From assembly GCF_030684315.1 (NCBI RefSeq), contig NC_081362.1, positions 95,773,187-95,837,186 of the forward strand: a stretch of 64,000 bases of DNA, written 5' to 3'. Each line of letters opens with the position of its first letter. Within the stretch, counting starts at the first letter, position 1. Positions 25,631-36,174 of this stretch are shown in pieces. Source of the DNA: Stegostoma tigrinum (taxonomy: Eukaryota). Position numbers and translations under genes: made by a program. The notes beneath the pieces were generated by a model. The model was not told the origin of the DNA and searched no databases. It saw only the letters and a program-made list of their open reading frames with translations.

Positions 25631-25984
25631 GTGTGACAGTAAGGGGATGAAACCATGTGGGTATGCATGTTGACAGCATGTTTCAAGGCCAGTCCTCCTG
25701 ACCATTGGTCAGATGAGGCCCAGAGTTGGCCAGTGAATGATCACATGAGGACCTGATGCTGGAAGTGCTTCAGTTCTCTATCCCTGGCGGACAGGGAGCT
25801 GGAAGAGGGCGTGAGTCTGCCTGGTTCCTGGGGCAATCTACCTGAATGGTGGATGGTCAGAAACACTGGCCCTGGTGGAGGATCTGTCAGTGGTAGGACC
25901 TTCACTTCAGGGATACAAGACAGTAGGAAATAGCAGCAGGAGTAATCCATTGTGTCTGCCATTCATTAGGTTTACAGGTGATTT

Positions 25985-26815
25985 CCGAGAGTGGGGTCCG
26001 TGTTAGAGAGAGGGTGGGAACTGTGTTAGAGAGAGAGAGTGGAAACTGAGTGAGCGAGAGCGAGTGAGAGTGGGGGCTGTGTTGGAGAGAGAGTGGGAAC
26101 AGTGCTAGGGAAAGAAAGTGGGAACTATGTTAGAGTGTGAGAATAGGGACTATGGTAGAGGGAGAGTAAGTAGGGACTGTGTTAGAGAGAGTGTGGACAT
26201 TGTGTTAGAGAGGGGCATTGGGAACTGTGTTGGAGAAAGAGTAGGGACTGTGTTAGAGAGAGAGTGAGAGTGGGTCTGTGTTAGAGGGACAGAGTGGAAT
26301 CTGTGTTAAAAAGTGGGGACTGCATTTGAGAGAGAGAGTGGGAACTGTATTAGAGAGTGAGAATGGGGACTGTGTTAGAGAGAGAGTGAGAATGAGGCCT
26401 GCATTAGAGAGGTTGAGAGTGGGGACTGTGTTAAAGAGAGACAGAATTGTGTCGGTGTTAGACAGAGAAAGAGAGTGGGGACTGTGTTAGAGAGAGTACG
26501 GACTGTGTTAGAGAGAGTGCAGGGACTGTGTAAGAGAGAGAGCATGGGGACTGCATTAGAGAGAGTGAGAGCGGGAACTGTGTTAAAGAGAGAGAATTGG
26601 GTCCGTGTTAGAGAGAGAGCGAGAGAGAGAGAGAGTGGGGACTGTGTCAGAGAGAGAGATTAGGGGCTGTGTTAGAGAGAGAGAATGGGGACTTCATTAG
26701 AGAGAGTGAGAGTGGGTTCTGTGTTAGAGAGAGAGAGTGAGAGTGGGGTCTGTGTTAGAGAAAGAGATTTGAGTCTTTGTTGGAGAGGGAGAGTGGGGTC
26801 TGTATTTGACAGGGA
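25985..26815. repeat. GA-rich minisatellite (gagagagtggggactgtgtta)n
   Basis: Degenerate tandem unit of ~20-27 bp. Confidence 0.95.
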
Positions 26816-26979
26816 CACTATGAGGACAGTGTTAGTCTAACATGTTTTAAGGATATGCTCTATCTTTGTGTGTATTGTTGAATGTTGCTGCTCACCCGAA
26901 TAGGACACCTTGTACTTGCCATTTACCTGTTCACTCTCCCCTCTCTCCTGCTCTGACCATAAATGCCTGGTGTTTGCAG

Positions 26980-27333
26980 TTCCAGGTTTGTTCCTTGTCG
27001 GATGTGACAGTGACAGATTTATACTTCAGGTTGGAGATGATCTTATCACTCCCTGTTACTTTTATTCACAAAACGAGCCTCAGTTCATCACCGTCCAATG
27101 GGAGAAACTGGGAGCCAGCAGATTGGTTCAGCATTATCAGATCAACAGGACTCTCTTTGACCAACTGGATCCAGACTATCGAAACCGAGCCCAGCTGTTT
27201 GAGAATGAGATTGCAGAAGGCAATGTCTCACTGAGGTTACACAATGTGCGTCTATCTGATGCAGGGACATACAGGCTCAATGTCAGTGCGACCTCAGGAG
27301 CTAGTTTCAAGGATATCACTATTGAGGTGGGAG
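26980..27333 (+). CDS. B7/butyrophilin-like receptor, IgV exon
   Basis: Sequence LITPCYF...VQWEK...DPDYRNRAQLFENEIAEGNVSLRLHNVRLSDAGTY is typical of B7/BTN V-set domains. Phase-1 acceptor ttgcag (alternative ttccag 6 nt later) and phase-1 donor gag|gtaaga. Confidence 0.9.
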
Positions 27334-27786
27334 GTAAGAATGAGGCATTCAACTAACTTTGACATTCAACAGACCTCCTGAAAGGCAATATCTGTAACAT
27401 CATTTAAACCTCACTGATGTGACCAGGAACTGTGCAGATTGACAGATTACCCAGAGAATCCCAGGGTCATATTGTTAGTTTTCTCCTCACATTATTCATT
27501 CACAGTCACAGAATAATAACAGTCTCTGATAAGAACAGTGTAGAGGGAGGTTTACTCTGTATCTAATCCCAGTATGGTCCCTGACTTGGGAATGTTTGAG
27601 AGGTTAAAGAGCAATGATTGATTCTGCTTTTGTAACATGATTGGTTCTAGTTTAGTCTTGGTTAATAAAAAAAAGTAGGCACAGTGTATCTTTTATAGCT
27701 CAGACATGAAATTAGCTGAACAGTTTCTTTGTTGAATCTCCAAGGATTGATTGTTAACAATAAATCTTTTTTTCCATCTCCTGGAG

Positions 27787-28071
27787 CCATTGGCCATTCT
27801 CCCAGATTTTACTCATTTGTTACAAAGAAGAACGACTCAGTGTTGGTTTGTGAGTCCACAGGCTGGTATCCCGCACCGAGTGTGACCTGGCAAAACTACA
27901 GGTGGAGGAACATCACAAAATCTTCCCAGACCCACGAGACAGACAGCAGAGATGGCACAGTCCGGGTACGCAGCGCCATGACCTTCCCGACTGGCTCCAA
28001 AGGCAGTTTCACCTGTACCATCTGGAACTCATTACTGCACCAGGGCATCGCTGCCAATTATACACTGCCAA
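27787..28071 (+). CDS. B7/butyrophilin-like receptor, first IgC exon
   Basis: LVCESTGWYPAPSVTW...VRVRS...FTCTIWN is a BTN/B7 C-set signature. Exon is phase 1/1 with donor a|gtgagt. The acceptor appears to be a GAG after a pyrimidine tract. Confidence 0.88.
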
Positions 28072-29580
28072 GTGAGTACCCTACAACACAACAAGAACTG
28101 CATTCCTGTAACACCTTTCCACCTCCCACTCTGGTTGTGCCTAAGTGAAACCAGTCTGAAGTGTGTAGTCTCTGTTATTGGGTAGGAAATGCAGCAACTC
28201 CTCAGTACATCATCAAATATCTTGAAAGTCCCCTTGGGGTGGAGTGTTGTGGGGGGTGGGGGATGCTGGTGTTGGTGGCCTTGGTTTAAGATCTCATTAC
28301 AAAAACAAGACTGCCAACAGTGCATGCTTCCCTCAACCCTTCCTTTAAGGTGACTGCTGGATACAGCTTCAAATGGCAAGATTTATGATGTTGGGAGGAA
28401 GATATCCAAGATGGAGGTCCTCCTCAACCCCACCCTATCCCCACCCATTCACCATCCTTCTCTTATCTAGGGAACGAGACCCTTTATTTCCAAACCACGT
28501 CCCTAGTTCTTGACTCACCCACACGGGACGAACATCTTCTCAGCATTCACATTGTCGAGTCCCTTCAGGAGCTTATATCTTTCAGTAAGGTTATCTCTCC
28601 TTCTTCCGGACTCCAATAGATACCAGTTCACAGTTTTCTCACAAAATAACCCCTACTGTCCCAACAATCAATTGAGTGGCTTTTCTGAGAGCCATGCCTC
28701 ATACAGTTTAGGAGGCCAGCACTGCTGGTACATTCCAGATGTGGTCCTACCAAACTGCTGTTAAAACCCTTATAGAACGTAGAACATAGAACAGTACAGC
28801 ACAGTACAGGCCCTTTGGCCCACGATGTTATGCCGACCTATTATCCTACCATGGTCAATCTACCCTGCATACCCTACATTTTACTATCCTCCATGTGCCT
28901 ATTTGCTTGAAAGTCTCTATATTTGTATTCCAATCCCCAAGTCTCCCAACAGTCAACAGGACTCTCTTGTGTATTAAAACTGACTTACGCTTCTACATAA
29001 TTGCAGCTGCCCTTGATTTCATTGAAGCCCGATTGTAATGAGGAAGTGGCACTTTGCAGTGCACTCTGGGTGGAGAGAAGAGGGAGGATGGTCAGGGAAG
29101 GGAGGCAGAGATAATCTGTAGGTGAGAAAGGACCAGAGCTAACCCAACTCCAAGATGTGTTGCAATTGTTTTGTTTTATCCATTCATGGGATGAGAACTT
29201 AGCTGGCTATGTCAGCATTTATTGCCCATTAGTGAACTAGATGGGTTTTTCCAACAATTGGAGATAGATTCATGGTTATCATTACATTCCTAAATCCAAA
29301 TTTTTATTGAATTCAAATTCCACCATCCCCTATGGTGGGATTTGAACCTTGGTCCCTAGATTAACAGTCCAGCGATAATGTCACTTGGATGTTGCCTCCC
29401 CAAATGATGCACCCTCTGTGTGAGGCTGCAGCCCAGTGTGAGGACAGCGGGTGTAGTGCCCAAGGATCCTGGTGGGAAGTTACTGCCCCACTCTCCAGGG
29501 ATTGACCCTACCTATTTACTCAGAAAAGGGTAGCCTCAAGGTGGTGTCTCTGAAAATAGCCTGTGTTTCTCTCTTGCCAG

Positions 29581-29865
29581 CTGTAGGCTATGGCCCATAC
29601 ATCCAGTCACGGGTAACAGGAGGTGGGCGCTCGGTGCTGACCTGTGAGTCCTCAGGCTGGTACCCCACTCCAGATGTCAGTTGGCACAATGACCTGGGTG
29701 ACACCATGACACGATTCCTACTCACCGAGCTGACCAACAGCACCGATGGGAGCGTGTCTGTGAAGAGCTCACTCAAACTGAAAGCTGGGTCAAGTGGGAA
29801 CTACACCTGCACCATCTGGAACCCGGTGTTGGAGCAAGGATTGTTTCACCGCTTCACTGTCCTTA
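29581..29865 (+). CDS. B7/butyrophilin-like receptor, second IgC exon
   Basis: LTCESSGWYPTPDVSW...VSVKS...YTCTIWN. Acceptor ctcttgccag, donor a|gtgagt. Same length (285 nt) as the first IgC exon. Confidence 0.9.
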
Positions 29866-29994
29866 GTGAGTACACCCAGAGGCTTTCGCTATGTGTTATA
29901 GTTGGTGCATATTATGTTGGGACAGTGTCCCTTTAACAGGTGAGTCATGAGACACTGGACAATCTACAACTGGGCCCATGAGCTTACTTGAATT

Positions 29995-30525
29995 AGAACA
30001 TAGAACATAGAACATAGAACATAGAACATAGAACAGTACAGCACAGAACAGGCCCTTCAGCCCACAATGTTGTGCCGACCATTGATCCTCATGTATGCAC
30101 CCTCAAATTTCTGTGACCATATACATGTCCAGCAGTCTCTTAAATGACCCCAATGACCTTGCTTCCACAACTGCTGCTGGCAACGCATTCCATGCTCTCA
30201 CAACTCTCTGCGTAAAGAACCTGCCTCTGACATCCCCTCTATACTTTCCACCAACCAGCTTAAAACTATGACCCCTCGTGCTAGCCATTTCTGCCCTGGG
30301 AAATAGTCTCTGGCTATCAACTCTATCTATGCCTCTCATTATCTTGTATACCTCAATTAGGTCCCCTCTCCTCCTCCTTTTCTCCAATGAAAAGAGACCG
30401 AGCTCAGTCAACCTGTCTTCATAAGATAAGCCCTCCAGTCCAGGCAGCATCCTGGTAAACCTCCTCTGAACCCTCTCCAAAGCATCCACATCTTTCCTAT
30501 AATAGGGCGCCCAGAACTGGACGCA
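29995..30525 (-). mobile_element. Young CR1 3' fragment in the intron of the Ig gene
   Basis: Nearly identical to 8365-8875; (AGAACAT)n tail. Confidence 0.95.
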
Positions 30526-31003
30526 GAACTGGTTTCAGCCTGTGCAGAATGCACAGATGCAGAATTAAACGTCCCTGTTTGGTTGCAGACAACAATGAGT
30601 TTGTGTGTTCTTTAGTTCTGACTGGAGTCTAGTAACTGTTCAGCACAGAATAGTTTTCACTGGGCCATTTTTCAATTGCTGCCTGAGTGTGGCCTCCCAC
30701 ACTCACAACTTTTCCTTTGGCCAGGCCTACAGCTGCCCAAGAACTGCCAAGGAGGATGTGTGGGATTGAAAGGGACACGATAGTGTGAGAGCACTCTGGG
30801 ACTAGCACCGTGTTACGCAGCTGAGAGTCTCAGTGTGAGCCTGGACTGCTCCTTGTATGAGAGCATAGGCCGGGCCAATCCCAGATACCGAATATCGAAG
30901 GAATCTATCTATTCGTCTCACCAAGTCTGGTCTTGGTCTCTGAGGGTGAGTGAACTTCCCTTGTGGGTGGAATCTCTTTTCTGGAATTTTGTTTGTTTTC
31001 CAG

Positions 31004-31132
31004 CTTCCCGGTATAAGGAGATCCAGTCACACTGGTATGCTGCTGGTGCCATCGTTTCCACTGCCGTCTTGGTTGTTGCCGCGGTGATCAAAGCAAAGAC
31101 CTTCATCAGGCAGATAAAGAAAGAAAGAAAAG
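31004..31132 (+). CDS. B7/butyrophilin-like receptor, transmembrane exon
   Basis: Hydrophobic segment WYAAGAIVSTAVLVVAAVI is followed by basic KAKTFIRQIKKERK. Acceptor ttgttttccag, donor g|gtacc, phase 1/1. Confidence 0.85.
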
Positions 31133-31157
31133 GTACCGTCAAGTGTGTCAGTGCATC

Positions 31158-31457
31158 CCACACTCGCTACACCTTCTCACACACTGACACATGCATTCTC
31201 ACGCATTCTGTCACACACGCACACACACATACACATAACACTCATACACACAGGCACACTCTCACACCTTCACAGGTTCACACACACATACACTCACCCA
31301 CTTATTCATGCTGACACACTCACATCCTCACACACACAGACACACACCCTCTCTCACACACACACATTCATACTCACAGACTCACTCGCACACACTCAAT
31401 CACATGCAGACACACTCATACACCCTCACTCACACCCATACTCACATACACAGCCAG

Positions 31458-31495
<38 letters not shown>

Positions 31496-31590
31496 ATTCA
31501 CACTCACACACACAATTACACACACTCACAAATATTGAAACACTCACACAGACACACTTACACACACTCTCTCTCACACGCACTCACATT
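31158..31590. repeat. CA-rich simple repeat
   Basis: Degenerate (CA)n starting ~25 nt after the TM-exon donor. Confidence 0.95.
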
Positions 31591-32289
31591 AATCTTGATG
31601 GTCAACGATATTGAGATGTTACAAATCTTGGAAGAGGTGGTCACGTGATACAGTAGGCAGTGTCCCTGCCTCTGAACTGGAAACTCCAGGTTCAAGTCCC
31701 ATTCCAGGGTGTGATGATGAAGGAAGATATGTCATAATGTGGTCAAACAGGCCAAGGATCAGTTTGTAAACCTTTCCGAGACAATCCAATGGAAGGAGCT
31801 CAGAGCAGGAGAGATTCCTGGTCACCCACCTACTGGACAGAAAGGTGGACCCTCTCCCACTGATCCAGGCTACAATATCCTTTAATAGTGACACAGCAAC
31901 CTGGGAAGAGCAGGGCATGCTCAGCTGGCTGGACAGTTGTTATGAATCAAATAAGCTCCACAGCGTGGGCTTGAATGGCATTCTGGACGGGGGTGGATCT
32001 TCTTCCTTGCCCCATCAATAGTGGAGATCTCAGTGCTGAGTGTCAGACAGCTCAGGAGAAAATACTGAAACTAAGAAAGACAGGGAGAAAGGAACATGGG
32101 CAGCCCTTAAGAAAAATAAGTAGAATAGTGAAAGGGCTGGAGAGCGAGAGAAAGAGATAGACTGTAGAAAATTCTGATGATAGGTCTTTGACCAAAAATG
32201 TTAACTCTGTTTCTCTCTCCACAGACACTACCAGACCTGCCAAGGTCAGTTTGATTTGAGATAATGAAAAGAAACCAGGAAGGATCAAT

Positions 32290-32490
32290 AGTAGACGGAC
32301 GGACAGACAGAAGGACAGTTAAACAGACAGATAGATGGACACATAGATAAACAGATAGATGGATAGATTGATACACTGATAGGAATACAGATAGATAGAT
32401 AGGCAGATAGACAGACAGATAAGCCAAAAGACAGATAGACAGACAGACAGATAGATGTATAGACCAACTGACTGACGACAAACAGATAAT
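32290..32490. repeat. (GATA/GACA)n microsatellite
   Basis: Direct inspection. Confidence 0.9.
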
Positions 32491-32655
32491 AATCAGGAGA
32501 AATAGTAAGAGACATTGGAGCAAGATAGCATGAGTGAGCAAATGAGAGTAAGGGAGATAGAGTGTAACTGAGTTGGGAAAGAAATGTCCCAAATCAATAT
32601 GATACTGTAGTGTATGCGTGTTGCTCAGGATAACTGTCAGTTTTGTTGTTTGTAG

Positions 32656-32811
32656 CTCATGCTGCCTATCCTCCAGCTGAGTGAAGAGGCTGCGAAACTG
32701 AGGCAGATTCAAGAACACTGCATTGAGAGAGATTCAGGCAAACAATCTCACCCTGGACCTCCCGAGCAAGAAACTAGCAACAATGGCTGGTTACAACACA
32801 GAGAGAATTAG
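32656..32811 (+). CDS. Candidate terminal (cytoplasmic tail) exon of the B7/BTN-like gene
   Basis: Strong acceptor ttttgttgtttgtag and AATAAA at 32822. Direct phase-1 splicing gives AHAAYPPAE* (ends 32684). The phase-0 frame gives 51 aa to 32811 but needs an intervening exon. Confidence 0.45.
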   Translation, partial: LMLPILQLSEEAAKLRQIQEHCIERDSGKQSHPGPPEQETSNNGWLQHREN

Positions 32812-33089
32812 ACTTTAACAGAATAAATATCTATTGTTTATCATGTAATACATCTGTGTGTTTACTCATTTTATTCAGTGGATTGACCCTTGACTCTGTG
32901 GATTTAAGTGATCGGCAATAAATACGAGTCTAGCTGCAGATGCCCACATCCTGTGAAAGAGTTTTTGTAAAGTTAGTGTCCAAAGTTAGTGTCTCCTCTA
33001 GGGGAGAGGATCGGAAGCATTGGGAAGGGTTTGAGAGTGAGGTCAGTGAAAGCCCATTGGGAAGACATAAAACACTGACAGGTCACCTC

Positions 33090-34560
33090 TTAGTCTTCTC
33101 TGCTGTAAGGAGAATAGCCCAATTTCTCTAATCTTTCCTTGTATCTAAAATCCTTCATTCCTGATATCATTCTAGTAAATCTCATTTCCACTCTCTCCTG
33201 GGCATTAATATCCTTCCTTAAATAAGACACCCAGAATTGAACACAATACTCCAAATGTGGTCTGACCAATGATTTGTAGAAGTGTAACATCACTTACCTG
33301 CTTTTATACTCTATATCTCAATTTCTGACCCAATCATCCTATATATTTTCTTAACAACTGATCTGACCTGTGTGGCCACCTTCAGAGTTATGTGCATGAA
33401 CTCTGAGTTCCCTCTACTCCTGTACTCCCCTGAAAGTTTTACCATTGAGCCTGTTTTATCTCTCTGTGTTTCCTCTGCAAAAATGCATTCCCTCACATTT
33501 CTCTGCATTGAGATTCATCTGCCAGGTGTCTGCTCATTTGTAACTTGTCAATGAGCCAATGAAGTCTCTCAGCATCATCCTCACAATTCCCTATTGCCCC
33601 TAACTTAGCATCATCTGCACATTTTGAGATTTTGCCCTGAACAATCATCCCTGAATCATTTATATAAATCAGGAAAAGCAAGAACCACAATTCCATTCCT
33701 GGGGAACACCACTTTCAACTTGTCTCCAATGTGAGCTCCTCCAGGTCCACACTGTGTTATCTCTTGCATTCTATACATATTCCTTTTGGTATTCTCTCAT
33801 TTTTCATCCATTGGTTTATCTAATAAAATGTGTTTCCAATCAACATGCTCCAATTCAACTTTTAAACCCCTAAAATCTGTCTTTTCCCAGACTGAGGTCT
33901 TAATCTTCAACTAATTTTTATTCTTTATCCAACTTGAAATTGAAACTTATTATATTATGATTGCGGTTTCCCAAATGCTCCCCCACTCTGAGGCTCTCCA
34001 CTTCGCCTGCCTCATGTCCTGAGACTAGATCCAGCACAGCTCCCTCCCTGGTAGGACTGGAAATGTACAGTTCCAAAAAGTTCTCCTGCACACATTGCAG
34101 AGATTTCTCCCATTCCATGCCCCATACCCCTCCTTTCTCCCAGACTGTCCGAGACTGATTGAAATTACTAACTACTACAATCCTACTTGTACTGCAGGCT
34201 CCCACAATCTGTCTACAAATACTCTCTACTTCCTCCCCACTGTTTTGAGATCTATAATAAATACACAACAAGGTCACAGGTGCATCCCTGTTTCTCACCT
34301 CCAACCAGACAGCTGCTAATTCAGAAACTGGATCTTTTTCAAGTGCAATGATATCTTTGGCCTAATGCTACACCTCCGCATCTTTTATTCACCCTATTTA
34401 TACTAAGAGCTGAATAACATAGAATGTTAAACATCCAGCCCTGTTCTGCTTGATCCAGGATAGTGTCAATGTTGTTGTATCATATCCCACGAAAATGATT
34501 TCTACCTCCAGTTCCCCAGTTTTGTTTACTCTACTCCATGCATTTACAACTTAACCCTGC
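33090..34560 (-). mobile_element. CR1 LINE fragment (endonuclease + RT remnants)
   Basis: PTREGAVLDLV, EHLGN.NHN, IYIND, CADD and RPHLEYCVQFW motifs. Confidence 0.88.
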
Positions 34561-36174
34561 TCTTATCTCTCGCCCATTGGGAGGCGACATTTCTTTGTTT
34601 ACCATCAACACTCAAGTCTTCCCTCACTTTCTTTACCCCACTTCCCATCTTCGCTTTTTACCTTCTCTGGCATTTCTGAAACAAGGTCTATTAGTCAACT
34701 CACATCTCCTGTTTTAATCTATCCATCTGTTAGGCTCTACAACATAACCTAATATTTTGAATAATAACCTTTGATTGACACCTTACTAAGTATCTTCTTA
34801 AAGTCTAAATACTGTCCATTTACTTTATCCTCCCCTTTATCCACAGAACGTTATTTTCCCCAAAACTTCAATTGATGGGTTAAACATTCTGAAGAAGGGT
34901 CATGTGACTTGAAACATTAACTCTGTTTCTGTCTCTGCAGATGCTGCCAGACTTGCTGAGTTTCTCTAGCAATTTCTGCTTTTGCTTCTGATTTCCCGCA
35001 TCTGCAGTTTTTTGAGTTTTTGTGATGGGTTAAACATGATCTCCCATCTACAAAACCTTGTGGACTCTGCCTGATTGCATTTAGTCTCTCTGTGCGTGAC
35101 CATAACATTGTTATATTATAGTTTCTCACATCTTCCCCCTGACAGATGTTGAGCAAATGCGTCAATACTTTTCAGTTTTAACAACACTCAAAGGAGCCAC
35201 AGCGGCTGGGGAAGGCTGAAAGTGTTTCAATAAGTTGCTCTTTCAGTGAGATTATTGTTGTGATCGAATTGACGCTGGATTCTGGTCACAGAGCACAGAC
35301 CACATCCTGCAGGCTGTGCTCCAGCTTCAGCTTTACTGTGCTTCATCAACAGTGATAGTGTCAGAAACCCTCAGTATTTCACAAAAGCAAACCTTTTCGC
35401 TGTTTTGACTTTCATGTTCACTTGGTTTCTGCTTCCCTCTGTTGGTTGGAGCCCTGCTTTCAATATGAAGTTGTGAAACACAGGCAGACAGACAGGGTTT
35501 TATCACTGAGAGCTGCTGGGGTCTGTGCAGCTGGAGGCTGGGAACCCATCGGAGATTCAAATACAAAGGCTCCGTGGGTAGTGCCCCACAAGTTTCAACT
35601 GGCAATGGGCAGTTCTGCTGCTCCTGGGAACTTTCAGAACAAGCCTCTGATTCACAGTTAGAGCTAGGCACTACAGGGAACCTGGAATTACTTGTCTGGA
35701 TAGTTACCTAGCAAACATCCAACAGGAGAAAACTTGGTATAACTCCTGGATAATGGTACAATTGAAGTCCCCAATCTGACCCCCTTGATGGCTCAGTGAC
35801 TTTCTGATTGCCTAATAACTGAAAACAGCTCCCACCCAATCCGACTGCACTCCCTTATCCCACTCCGTGGAATCAAGGGCTATGGGGATAAGGCAGGAAC
35901 AGGATACTGATTGTGGATGATCAGCCATGATCATAATGAATGGTGGTGCTGGCTCAAAGGTCCGAATGGCCTACTCCTGCACCTATTGTCTATTGTCTAT
36001 TGTCTTATATACCCCTCCCCTAAACCCACCCAGCTCCATACACCTGCCACCCCATCCAAAGGTTTTTTCTCCACTTTCTATCTGAGTTTCCTGCCCACTA
36101 GTCACCCTATCACCCTGCCAACATGTCACCCACCCCCTGCCCACCAATCACCCTATCACCAAGTCCACTTCTAT

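Noticed and set aside
24494-25705. His/Thr-rich ORFs (also 31145-31648, 45729-46110)
   Set aside because: Translations of (CA)n/(GT)n repeats.
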